Assembly: GCA_950097015.1 (NCBI GenBank)
Contig: CATNEN010000039.1
Location: 13,020,001 to 13,084,000 of the forward strand
DNA length: 64,000 nt
DNA from: Macrostomum hystrix
Taxonomy: Eukaryota > Animalia > Platyhelminthes
Direction of reading: 5' to 3'
Shown: positions 22,975-35,112 of the stretch, one piece after another
Layout: every line of letters begins with the position of its first letter
Numbering within the stretch: the stretch's first letter is position 1
Notes under the pieces: model-generated
Databases searched by the model: none
Told to the model about the DNA's origin: nothing
The model's input: only the letters and a program-made list of their open reading frames with translations
Position numbers and translations under genes: made by a program

Positions 22975-25900
22975 TCAGCGAGCTTCGCCTAGTTGAGCAA
23001 TGGCCGCTCTCGTTTGACTGCGCAGCTCAGCCAGGCGCTGTTCGGCCCGATCGGCTTCCAGACGGACGGCTTCGGTGGCGAGCCTTAGCGAGGCCAAACT
23101 GGCGTGGCCCACTTGCTGCATCTGGTTGCTAAGGTGCTGGACTAGGTGGGAATGAATAACGCGAATAAAGCAAGTTAGAACATAGAAGTTCTGAGAGACA
23201 GTCTAGTTTGTACAGAAAGGAAACACATATTGAAAGAGCCAGACAAGAGAAGGGAGAGTGAGACAGTGAGAAGGGAGAGTGAGACAGTGAGAAGGGAGAG
23301 TGAGACAGTGAGAGGGGAGAGTGAGACAGTGAGAGGGGAAAGTGAGACACTGAGAGGGGAGAGTGAGACAGTGAGAGGGGAGAGTGAGACAGTGAGGGGG
23401 GAAAGTGAGACACTGAGAGGGGAGAGTGAGACAGTGAGAGGGGAGAGTGAGACAGTGAGAGGGGAGAGTGAGACAGTGAGAAGGGAGAGTGAGACAGTGA
23501 GAAGGGAGAGTGAGACAGTGAGAAGGGAGAGTGAGACAGTGAGAGGGGAGAGTGAGACAGTGAGAGGGGAGAGTGAGACAGTGAGAGGGGAGAGTGAGAC
23601 AATGAGAGGGGAGAGTGAGACAGTGAGAGGGGAGAGTGAGACAGTGAGAGGGGAGAGTGAGACAGTGAGAGGGGAGAGTGAGACAATGAGAGGGGAGAGT
23701 GAGACAGTGAGAGGGGAGAGTGAGAGTGAGAGGGGAGAGTGAGACAGTGAGAGGGGAGAGTGAGACAGTGAGAGGGGAGAGTGAGACAATGAGAGGGGAG
23801 AGTGAGACAGTGAGAGGGGAGAGTGAGACAGTGAGAGGGGAGAGTGAGACAGTGAGAGGGGAGAGTGAGACAGTGAGAGGGGAGAGTGAGACAGTGAGAG
23901 GGGAGAGTGAGACAGTGAGAGGGGAGAGTGAGACAGTGAGAGGGGAGAGTGAGACAGTGAGAGGGGAGAGTGAGACAGTGAGAAGGGAGAGTGAGACAGT
24001 GAGAAGGGAGAGTGAGACAATGAGAAGGGAGAGTGAGACAGTGAGAAGGGAGAGTGAGACAATGAGAAGGGAGAGTGAGACAGTGAGAAGGGAGAGTGAG
24101 ACAATGAGAAGGGAGAGTGAGACAGTGAGAAGGGAGAGTGAGACAATGAGAAGGGAGAGTGAGACAGTGAGAAGGGATCGAAATTTTTCGATTGACTGCT
24201 TAATTCGAGTACAGGACAGCATACTGCAGTCTCTCAACGAATTGACACGCATCGGCGCTGATGGAGATGACAATTAAGAGGGCTTTTAAAAATGCTTTAT
24301 TTGCATTTTCTCGTATCGGGAAACGACTGGGACGGCTGAACTACTCAGTGGACATTACTAGTTTCATATCCACAATTTAGAATTATCCCCCTTAGGACTC
24401 CATGGATGTATGAGTGGAGAAATACGGTAATATAGAAATATGAAATTGTACTTACTGTTCGATTTATAGATACATTTAGAGTTTGCAAAATGCAGGGTCA
24501 AAAAACTTACTTGACTTGTTGACATGCTGCAGTATATCCTCCATCACTTTAATTTGGTCGCCCGTTTTGGCTGCATCCGACAGAAATTGATTAAGATTGG
24601 CTTCGCATGTCTCAAGTTGACACGAGATGCTGGCTTGTCGGCTGGAGTGGCGATATGTGCAGCTAGATATTGAGGCAATTTTAGATTCGCATATCAACAA
24701 ATGTCATTTGAATTATGATTCAAATTCAGTTATTCTGAATAGAATAAACATAGACGGGATAACCATGGATTGTGTTGAATTGGACATGATAATCCTATCC
24801 TAATTATCCTGGATTATTCTGGATAGGATTATCGTGGATAGGATTATCCTAGATTATCCTGGATAGGATTATCCTGGATAGGATTATCCTAGATTATCCT
24901 GGATAGGATTATCCTAGATTATCCTGGATTGGATTATCCTGGATAGGATCATCCAACCAGAGACCGGAAGCGGGGATTGCCGAGCCGCGCTGCCAGGTGC
25001 TCGTTGCCAACGCCACGATGACGATCTTAAGCAGCAGATCCTGTTCGGTGGCTTCTCGAATATTTTCCAGCGTCATAACCTTCGCTTGGACGACGACGTT
25101 AAGCAGCTTTTTGTCTCTGGTTTTTGCTATTGGCTTGGCATTCGAGCGGGTGGTTGGCCAGGACCAGGAACGATCGGACCCCCATGACAGACTTGGTGTG
25201 CCCGAAGGCCTGCAGCTCGGCGATTCTAAACTTTTCTAAACTTATCGCTGTACTTTAAACTTTTGGACAGCGTTATTGCCATGAACTTTGCCTTCAAGAT
25301 GCCCCGGCGGCAGTTGCTGGCGTTTAAGTTAAGGCCGTGGATGATGACGTCGTCGTGAATCCACTTGACGCCCTCCAGCACCGTCTGCAACACGCGCTGC
25401 AGGAGGTCAAAAATACGAAGCACTTGCGGCTGTCTTTGCTGATCTCGATTTAATAGAACGCTTAGAAGAAGCACGAAAATGGACGACCACGCCATGTTGC
25501 CGTTGCCTCTCTTATGGCTGCCTTGTTGATATCACGTGAGTAGGCTGAGCTGTGGCGGTGTGAGTAGGCTGAGCTGTGGCGGTGTGAGTAGGCTGAGCTG
25601 TGGCGGTGTGAGTAGGCTGAGCTGTGGCGGTGTGAGTAGGCTGAGCTGTGGCGGTGTGAGTAGGCTGAGCTGTGGCGGTGTGAGTAGGCTGAGCTGTGGC
25701 GGTGTGAGTAGGCTGAGCTGTGGCGGTGTGAGTAGGCTGAGCTGTGGCGGTGTGTGTAGGCTGAGCTGTGGCGGTGTGAGTAGGCTGAGCTGTGGCGGTG
25801 TGAGTAGGCTGAGCTGTGGCGGTGTGAGTAGGCTGAGCTGTGGTGTGTGAGTAGGCTGAGCTGTGGCGGTGTGAGTAGGCTGAGCTGCGGAGGTGTGAGT

Positions 25901-27342
25901 AGGCTGAGCTGTGGCGCTATTATAGTTCAGTCGTTTACTAGTGAGAAAAACATCAGGCCTCTATGGGCCGTGTGTATTTCGATCTTTACGTTGGCACACA
26001 TGATCACTACACTTAATATGATTACCCTTGATAGGATAATTAATTGTATGAGTTTCAAGGAGGAAAAATGGGCTTAAAACCTACCTTGACATTTCCACAA
26101 GATGTGCTTGATGTACTTTAGATACTTCAACATTGTTTGCATGGTCTTTCATAGTTGTGGCCAAAATCCTTGCAGAATGCGACTGCAGCTTTCTTGCTTT
26201 CACAGAAGACAATTGTTGCTGCTTTAGCTGAAGCTCTAAGCATAGCAGGTCTGCCTCTAGTTGTAGCTTGATGTCTCGAGCTGGTATATGTTTAAAGAAA
26301 GTTAATTTAATTTTGAAGTGTTTTTAATACTTGTTATCTAATCCTTAAAATCATACTATTCAGACTTGAACTTTTTTAAATAAAACCCATGTTAATATAT
26401 TTTTAATAAAAAAGTATATTAAACTTACCTGAATTTAGGTACTCCTGCAAAGAAAGGTTTGTGTGAAAAAATATTTATATTATTGAATTAAATTGAAACA
26501 AATATCAGAATATTTTTTTCTTGTTTTACATAAATTTGATAATTGCACTAAACAACATTACAATTTTACTTATAAGAAATTGAGTGTTGCCTAGCTACAT
26601 GCTAATTGTCAATGTTGGCTATATATTGTCACACAAAAATGGGTTCTGCTCTCATTTACAACACTGCATCTGAAAGTTTAACATATACATTATATTTACC
26701 TTGACAGAATCTTATAAAACTTTATACTAATAACCTTAGTCAGGCCAATCCATTGAAATAGTTTAGATTATGCTATTTTTTTAAAACAATTTTAAAGCTA
26801 ACAACTGATACGCTTGTATTACTTATTACATTATAAAATAATTAAACAAATTTAATAAAAAAATACACATCTTCTGAGAAAAAGGCAATTAAATTTTTAA
26901 CTCACTTTTAGAACAAGACTTTTAAACCTAAAAACCTTATGGCATTAAACATTTTAACACACCGTTTTGCTATAGCATATCCAAAGACAAAAGACACAAT
27001 AAGTATTTCAACAGATTAAAATGGCCCCATTAATAAAGCTAATAAGGGAGTGAAACATACTGATCTAATCCAGTTGTCGCTGTGCATATATCAAACGAAA
27101 ACTAGATTGTAGATTAATAAAATAAAACTGTGACGACAGTAAACACCAAAGTTACCAACAAGAAACAAGCATTAACTTACAATACTTTCTAGCTCCTCCA
27201 GAGAAATTTGACGATTAGGCGCATTTGGAACTCCGACGCCTTGATTCGTTCTGCTGACTTCTAAGCATCTTATTTTTACTAGTGCATTCACTTGTTCCAG
27301 TATTTCGTTAAAGTAGGATTGTATTTCTTCTTCCTTTGACAT
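22975..27342 (-). CDS. Coiled-coil protein, HAUS2/CEP27 (augmin subunit 2)-like
   Basis: Exons 27342-27181, microexon 26444-26429 (16 nt), 26280-26085, probably 24257-24225 (33 nt), and 23128-22975 join in frame. LQLEADLLCLE, KARKLQSHSARILAT, NNVEVSKVHQAHLVEM and CQFVERLHNQMQQV recall human HAUS2 (NLEIELLKLE, KCHTLQSMNNHLEAV, ENLPIEAVYHRYMVHL, VTFIERLETHLETI). The 3' exon structure is uncertain. Confidence 0.55.
23248..24176. repeat. 21-bp purine-rich minisatellite (GAGAGTGAGACAGTGAGAGGG)n
   Basis: About 44 copies in the last intron of the HAUS2-like gene. Confidence 0.97.
24790..24955. repeat. Palindromic short-period repeat (GGATTATCCT variants)
   Basis: AGGAT-T-ATCCT inverted core repeated. 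Confidence 0.9.
24960..25500 (-). pseudogene. Degraded, internally deleted Ty3/Gypsy pol fragment (RT and post-RNase H segments)
   Basis: LQRVLQTVLEGVKWIHDDVIIHG (YxDD region), LNLNASNC (LN..KC), VRSFLVLANH (RSFLGL.NY) and MTLENIREATEQDLLL, with stops and frameshifts. Confidence 0.75.
25535..25916. repeat. 24-bp minisatellite (GTGAGTAGGCTGAGCTGTGGCGGT)n
   Basis: About 16 near-perfect copies. Confidence 0.97.
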
Positions 27343-27934
27343 AACTTTTTAATGTTTAGTTATGTAAAGATATCACAAACAAAACACAATAAAGATCCAC
27401 GTCTTCAGGTCTGCTTAGTTTATGTCGCGGCGTAGCTTTTAAACTTCAAACTTGAATTTAAACTGAAAAACGTTTAAATGTTTTCTAATCCCCACACTTA
27501 AAGTTCACAATCAGGCCTGAGCACGCCACCTTAGAAATTTAAATCTATGAATTCGCAGTTTACAACGACATTATTTTTCTTTTCTTTTCCAATTATTTTT
27601 ATCCGATTCTTTAAATAAACTGCGAATGCATTTATCTATCCCCTTAAAGCAATAAATAAAAAGCTTGTATGACATCTTTGTTTTACTACGCATGCAAAAT
27701 CGAGGGACACATTAAATTTAAAATTTTTTTATAGTACACATTCAAGATGATTTATCTGCACTGAACAAACCAATTAACACACTACTGCATATTTTAAAGA
27801 AATAAAATAAAAGCAGTTAAAATAATTGGTTTCGTATTATAACCGGCAACTCTTGATTTTTTTGTATAACTTTTTGTTCTAATTTTGAAAATGTTTTAGT
27901 TTTTATTTTTTCACAAACCATGATCGTATTTTCA

Positions 27935-30900
27935 TCAGACGCTACTGATAAATTGTTGGACAAGAATACTAGGATTGTCAGGAAATTGGCTACTATGTTT
28001 AGACGAATTTAAAAGAGGCTTTACATTAAGTTGAGAAGAAGCAGCGCAATTATTTGCTTCCAAATCAGATAGTGAATCGCAAGCTGATGTAGGCATAGTA
28101 ACATTCGCCCGTGTGAAACTTGACATAAGGCCTCGTAACTGAACAAGTGCTTCATTTCTTCGAGCCATTCCTTGACATCTGAAAACTCCAATAAGCACTT
28201 TCTTGTATTCATCATTCATGAACAAGTAGAAGAATGGATTCAAAAATGCATTCATGTAGCACATTATCCAAGAAAGAATATAAATGGAATCTGTCTTTAG
28301 TATGTCAGTCTTCTTCATCATTATCATGTTATCAAGTATATGCCAGGGTAGATTAGCCAGCAGGAATGAGACCAGCACGCATGTAACAATCCGGAATGAC
28401 TTGCTCAGTCGGCCAGCAACAGTCTGCCGTCGAATAGCGGTGCCACTGCGGTGCAGTCGAAGGCCCGTAGAGCTGCTGTCGGACTCATTTGATTGGCTTG
28501 TTTGGCCGCAGCTAATCTTCGCCTGCAGGACCGGCTTAGGGCTGAGAAAACCGCTGCCCTGGGACGGCTGAGCTGCTTTCGGCTGATTCTGAACGTGCCT
28601 CTGAAATGAGAATTTTCGTCAAGTTTTCAGCGCCAAACATTAGCGCTGCAATTCAATTGCGAATCAATCAATTTACAGCTCGCTATTTTAAAGTGTTATT
28701 TTTCGTTTTGCTTGCACTGGAAAAGTAGAAAAAACAAAATCAGCTAATCAATTTCTGATGAAACTAAAGGCGTGCTGCGCGAAGACTAAAATAGAGAAAA
28801 ACTAAATATCGAATCAGAGGCCCTGTATCACTTAGTAGGTCAATAAAGCCTTTCAATATTCCACAACCTATTTTAGATGTTAGTTTCACTTCAAATATGC
28901 CCATTATATTATACTTGTTCATATATATCTCAAAGATTTAGGCTGCCTTGCGTGCATGCCTATTCAGTGATGCGCGAAGACTAAATAGAGAAAAACTAAA
29001 TATCGAATCAACGACCGGACCTCTATAGATTCGATAATAGATTCAACAGAAAAGAATATGCTTGTAATGAAATGACATATGCTCGAATATTTATGCTTTA
29101 AGCTCCTGCTTCGACTTCGCTTTTGAATATTCGCAACTAATTCGATTCTATTTAGATCCTGCTGCGATTCTAGCTACGGATCCTTTTAAGATTCTAGCTA
29201 CGGATCCTGCTGCGATTCTAGCTACGGATCCTGCTAAGATTCCAGCTACGGATCCTGCTGCGATTCTAGCTACGGATCCTGCTAAGATTCCAGCTACGGA
29301 TCCTGCTGCGATTCTAGCTACGGATCTTGGTAAGGTTCCAGCTACGGATCTTGGCAAGGTTCCAGCTACGGATCTTGGTAAGGTTCCAGCTACGGATCTT
29401 GGTAAGGTTCCAGCTACGGATCTTGGTAAGGTTCCAGCTACGGATCTTGGTAAGGTTCCAGCTACGGATCTTGGTAAGGTTCCAGCTACGGATCTTGGTA
29501 AGGTTCCAGCTACGGATCTTGGTAAGGTTTCAGCTACGGATCTTGGTAAGATTCTAGCTTCGGATCTTGCTGCGATTCTAGCTCTAATGGCGCTTATTGT
29601 TTAGTACTATAGTTATAGTACTTTTAGTTTTAAAGTATAGATAGCCCAGCTGGGAGATCCAACAACAGTTCGTATATAGCGAACCCTTATATAAGGAAGC
29701 TAAATTATAGAGAACATTCGATTCCCAAAACTGTCAAGGTTAATTCGGAGCCCCGGCATAGCGAGCTGCCAGTTCGAATTCCATTTCAAAGGCCAGATTA
29801 GGCTTCCGCGCCAAATTGACGATAAGTTTGCTGTCAGAATGCTGTGAAACAGCTGTCAACCAAGAACAGAAAACAAATCACTCAATCGACACCGTGTTGT
29901 AACAAGTTCGACCTGATATTCCATTTTTTTCATTCCCGGCGCAAGAAAGTGACGGGGTTCTAGTTCATAGAGCTACATCTCGAGCTTCGATTCCAGTTCA
30001 TATAGCTAAATCTCGTGCTTCGATTCCAGCTCATATAGCTACATCTCGAGCTTCGATTCCAGCTCATATAGCTACATCTCGTGCTTGATCGATTCCAGCT
30101 CATATAGCTACATCTCGTGCTTCGATTCCAGCTCATATAGCTACATCTCGTGCTTCGATTCCAGCTCATATAGCTTCATCTCGTGCTTCGATTCCAGCTC
30201 ATATAGCTACATCTCGTGCTTCGATTCCAGCTCATATAGCTACATCTCGTGCTTCGATTCCAGCTCATATAGCTACATCTCGTGCTTGATCGATTCCAGC
30301 TCATATAGCTACATCTCGCGCTTCCACTTATTTTTATCCACTTAAAAAGCGACAGTACAATTGTCTCATAGCTCTAATAGTGAGGCCAAATAGTACAATA
30401 ACAATTTACATTAGCTCCAAAGATTACGGGGCAACATATGGGCAGGCAGATAAAATAGCCGATGAAGATGAGGCTGTGCATGGAATATCCCCACCGCGGC
30501 ACATTATCCCCTTCAAATTCTGTTACAGAAGTTCCTCATCTATCTGGTCGGTCGCGGTCAGATTTAGGGAGGCCACACAGAGAGAGCTCATTAATCACTG
30601 GGCCATCGCCTTTTAGTTGAACTCTTGGACTGTTTTTGCGCCGCTTGCTAGCCAATTAAGGGTTGGATTTTTTGCCTGCGTCAATTGCACTGGGAGCTTT
30701 GAGGATTTTTGCGACTCTATTGAGTAAATAGGGGCATGTGCAAGATTTTGCCTGTACAAGAACAAGCGCAGAACATGTTTTAGAACTGGTTCAAAGTACA
30801 TTAATTAATTAATTTTGAAATAAAATGTGCGCTACAAGCCTGCCTAACCCTTTAATTCTCTATCCCTCGTAATTAAATCTCCTCTCACGAGTGTACATTA

Positions 30901-33900
30901 AAACCGAACCCAGCCTAACCCTCAAATTCTCTACCCCTCGTGATTTAATCTCGTCTCCCGAGTGTACATTGGAACTGAAGCCCAGCCTAACCCTCGAGTC
31001 TCTTGCGCTTGTGATTTCATCTAGTCACACGAGTGTACATTAAAACTAAACCCAGCCTAACCCTCGATTCCCTACCCCTCATAATTGAATCTCCTCTCCT
31101 GAGTGTACATTGGATCTCAAGCTCAGCCTAACCCTCGATTCTCTACCCCTCATTATTTAATCTCGTCTCCTGAGTGGACATTGGATCTGAAGCTCAGCCT
31201 AACTCTCGATTCTCTACCCATAAAAATTGAATCTCGTCTACCGAGTGTACATTGAAACTGAAACCATACCTAACCCTTAATTCTCTAAACCCATAAAACG
31301 TAAATATTGTATTTCTAGAGTACATATTGCAGCCCCACCCTAAACCCTAAATTCTTTAACAATTTGAAATGTACCAACAGCATTGTTCAAAGCCTATAGC
31401 TGAACTTTTGTCTAACAACAAACTACTTTTCCTTAGTAAGTTAGTTAGTAAACTATCAGCTTGTTAATCTGACTTCGATTCCTCTACATCAGGGGTAGGC
31501 AAACTTATTTGCCGGCGGGCCAAAGAGAGAACCGGGCCAAAGGACGACAGCGGGCCGCATTGACTGTATAAATATGAGATAGGGGAGAGATGAGACACGG
31601 GAGAGATTAGACACGGGAGAGATAAGACATGGGAGAGATTAGACACGGGAGAGATAAGACAGGGGAGAGATTAGACACGGGAGAGATAAGACAGGGGAGA
31701 CATTAGACACGGGAGAGATTAGACACGGGAGAGATAAGACAGGGGAGAGATTAGACACGGGAGAGATGAGACACGGGAGAGATAAGACACGGGAGAGATG
31801 GGACACGAGAGCGATGAGACACGGGAGAGATTAGACACGAGAGCGATGAGACACAGGAGAGATTAGACACGGGAGAGATGAGACACGGGAGAGATTAGAC
31901 ACGGGAGAGATTAGACACGAGAGAGATGAAACAGGACACTGTAGATGTCAGAAGGGGCAACGGGCCGGATTTGGGAGCTTCGAGCGGCCCGCGGGCCGGA
32001 GTTTGCCGCCCCTGCTCTACATCCAGGAAATCCTGAAGCGTCACTTCATTTTTCGTGTCTATTTGACCGCGCAAAGAAATTTTTTGCCTATTTTTAAACA
32101 AAGCCAAAAATGCAGAGAGAAGACAACCAGAGCCTAGTCAGAGGATCTGTGATTTCATAGCCTGACAGCGGCTTCCCTATCTCGTCCATGGGATAATAAT
32201 CTTCCGTAGGCCGGGGGAGTCCTACTCGGGGGATGGGGGGAGGCTTTCGCGCCGCTGAGGAATCTTGTCGAAAAGAATCCAGAAAGTTAGACTTCTGCTT
32301 GCATTATTTTTCTGGAAGCACATCCCCAAGCTTGTATTGTAGGCCGAGCATAGATAGATCCATCTGTGAAACTTCTCAGTCCGTATTAATTTCTTATTCG
32401 CTAATCTTTCTTTCTTCCCCATTTCAGCGGATTTCTTTCGTTCTCTGAAATTTCTCGGACTCTCTTACACCCAATGTCAAAATATCAGCTGAATTCTATG
32501 AGATTTGGCACGAAAAGATGATTAAGTAAAAATAAAGCAACTTATTCTAAGCATTGTTTGCCAATCGCGCTTGCTTGCGTTTGCTTTTCAACAATATCGG
32601 CCACCGATCAATCAATGGCACCGTTCTAGTTTCGTCTGCCACAATTTCCCAGCAAAAACTTGCCCGCTAAATCTACCAACATGTCGGCGGCCTATCTAAG
32701 CAGGAGTGGGCTGAAAATCCTACGTGTCTATATATTACACGATCCCGGGATTATTCCTGGATTTATGTCATATGCTGTCTACATTTCTCCCTTTTTATAC
32801 GGAAGGAATTGAAAAGTGTAGACAGTAAACTGAACCAGTGCCATCAGGCAGTACAATCAGTAACTCTAGTTATGATTTGTATATATAGCTAGCCCTAGGC
32901 GATTTCACTTTACTTTTGTTCCTCTAAACATTTCCTTGTTGCTTTTGCACTCATAAAAATAGCAGTCTACTAGTTTTCACGGGCTTGGCAAAGGCAAAAA
33001 GTTTCGCACTCCTGTCCTTTACCGAGAAACTATACTAAGCAAGCTTACGATTGGCTGTTACATGCCCACCCCACGCCGATGTTATCTCGTCCTCGCGTCT
33101 TGCGCTGATTGGTTCTCCTAGAATTCAAACCTTCCTCCTGACAATTTAGGTGCGCCCAGCCAGCCAATGGTAACCAATGCATTTTTGAAAGTTCATTAAG
33201 TGTAAAGAAGATATCGCTTCTTCTTGGCACTTTCAAAGTCTTGTGTATAGCATGGACTGGAAAAAATTAATATTTGCATAAGAGCTGCGGGCAATGACAC
33301 ATGATTTGGTGACACTAGACCCACAGCCAGCGAGGAGGCAATTCTGCCCATTTCGCTGACTCCTGAGCACACACGCACACAGATACTGTACGCAGGCCCA
33401 CGCTCACACAGGGTGTGTACATCTGCCCTGACTTTCTCATCGTCAGGCAGTGTACACTTCCACTTGAGGCTGGCCCTCAAGGGAGGCAAACGCGTTAGAC
33501 CGCTCAGCCGCTGACCCCAGCAAAATTTCTGATCAAGATGATGCTGAGAACAGAAATGCACAGAAATACTACTCAAATATTATTGTAGTCTTCAAAAACG
33601 ATTATGGGTCTCGTAACGATTTCTTCTCAAATACCTCAGCTTGAGTTTTACCTAGGGCTACTGATTTTACATTTCCAATCGAAGAAAGCCTTCCCCTCAT
33701 TACCGGCGTTGTTGTTTCGAAACAGATCGCCAGCACTCGCTCCTTGCCTGAGGCTTAAGTTGAGCAATCGTGCGCTTTCGCTCGCAAGGCATCGAAATCC
33801 CATGCTCTTTTCTAGCCAAACTAATATCCGGATCGTGGCAGATTAGTTTCATTTCTGGACTTGGCGTGTGGTACTAGCTCGCTCTGGGGTCACTCACCTG

Positions 33901-34918
33901 AGCAGTGATTTCAGAGAGGACTCATCCGGCTGATTATTAAGAAATGCAATGATTTTGGGGCCTAATCTGCTATAGACGTCACTGACAGGAGAGACTTAAT
34001 CGAAACTGCTCGTCCATTCTCCTGCTTACCCTGAGCAGAGTCCCATCCGTCCCCCTGCTCACCCTGAGCAGAGTCCCATCCGTCCCCCTGCTCACCCTGA
34101 GCAGAGTCCCATCCGTCCCCCTGCTCACCCTGAGCAGAGTCACATCCACCCCCCCTGCTCACCCTGAGCAGAGTCCCATCCGTCCCCCTGCTCACCCTGA
34201 GCAGAGTTCTTGCACCGCAGCCGCCTGCGGCAGCTGAGCGGTCGCGACCGCTCCGAAGTATCCGCATGACGACGGCGGAGTAGAAGAACACAAGCAGGAT
34301 TACGGGGATGTACAATGCCAGAGTTCTCTGCACCAGCGCCGCCGTGGGATTCTTGTAGATGGGATGCGAGCAGGTTTTAGGATCGGAAATCGCTCGATAA
34401 TTGGTTGCAACAACCCACACTGGGAATGTGAGAATATTTCTGACGGCGGTGAAGATCCATAGTCCGATACAAAGGCGAATCTGATTGGCTCTGTGCATCC
34501 AGCGTTTGTGAGCGAACACGCAGTTGGTAGCTAGAAAGCGATCGAATGCCACGGCGGTGACGCTGACAACGCCGACGTTCGTGCTGACATAGTCGCATGT
34601 AATCCACAGATCGCAGACCCACATTGGCAACGGCCAGGAATCGAACAGTGTCGCAGCCAGGTAACCCGGCAGGGCGCCGGCACCAATCAGGATGTCACTG
34701 CTGACCATCAGGCCGACGATCAGCACGTGGCCAGGCACTCGGCGCACATTCGGACTTCGAATGAACGCCCACATGATGACGGAGTTCACCACGGTGATGA
34801 ATGCCGACAGCAGCAGGCCGAGGCAGCCGTAGAGTAGCCGCTCGCCGTCCGTGTAATGTCCGACGGCGATGCCTGACCTGTTGCTGGTGTCATCCAAGCT
34901 TCTGTTGAAAGTGTTCAT
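27935..34918 (-). CDS. Class A GPCR, aminergic (muscarinic/histamine-receptor-like), probably orphan
   Basis: Exon 34918-34196 (TM1-5) and exon 28600-27935 (ICL3, TM6-7), phase 0. WPLPMWVCDLWITCDYVSTN (TM3 Asp), AFDRF, LYIPVILLVFFY, LANLPWHI and WIMCYMNAFLNPFFY. The donor choice in ICL3 is ambiguous. Confidence 0.88.
28776..29010. repeat. Pair of ~40-bp direct repeats ~195 bp apart
   Basis: TGCGCGAAGACTAAA(A)TAGAGAAAAACTAAATATCGAATCA at 28776-28816 and 28971-29010. Confidence 0.85.
29150..29585. repeat. 24-bp minisatellite with two sub-variants (…CAGCTACGGATC…)
   Basis: About 18 copies; the variant switches at ~29325. Confidence 0.95.
29960..30322. repeat. 33-bp minisatellite (TCGATTCCAGCTCATATAGCTACATCTCGTGCT)n
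   Basis: About 11 copies. Confidence 0.95.
30835..31355. repeat. Old degenerate ~59-70-bp tandem repeat containing CCTAACCCT and GAGTGTACATT
   Basis: About 8 diverged copies. Confidence 0.85.
31490..32014. mobile_element. hAT-type MITE carrying an internal 17-bp minisatellite
   Basis: TIRs CAGGGGTAGGCAAAC ... GTTTGCCGCCCCTG; perfect 8-bp TSD CTCTACAT (31482-31489 and 32015-32022); (GAGAGATTAGACACGGG)n at ~31575-31930. Confidence 0.92.
33270..33520 (-). mobile_element. SINE family B, internally deleted
   Basis: Reverse complement matches the 16418-16785 head and 3' body. Confidence 0.82.
34022..34207 (-). repeat. 33-bp tandem repeat spanning the GPCR exon/intron boundary (six tandem 5' splice sites)
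   Basis: Unit ACTCTGCTCAGG|GTGAGCAGGGGGACGGATGGG; possible exon ends at 34196, 34163, 34129, 34096, 34063 and 34030. Confidence 0.93.
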
Positions 34919-35112
34919 GTCCTGGCCGAATCAACTATGAGTCAAGCAATCGTTTTCACTGAGACATTTGCATCTGCAGCTTACAGTTTGTTATAGGCCT
35001 TTTTATCCCTCTCAGCAGATGGATTTGTGCCGGCGACGCTGATTGGCTCGCATCGTGAACTGGCCAATGGGATGGAGTTTAGGATAGATAGAAAGCTTCG
35101 TGCGATCTTTCT

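Noticed and set aside
30835-31355. Interstitial telomere array
   Set aside because: Only single CCTAACCCT motifs within a longer degenerate unit; no (TTAGGG)n run.
33962-34195. C-terminal GWDSAQGEQGD repeats of the 318-aa GPCR ORF
   Set aside because: Read-through into the intronic splice-donor repeat; TM6-7 are encoded by the exon at 28600-27935.
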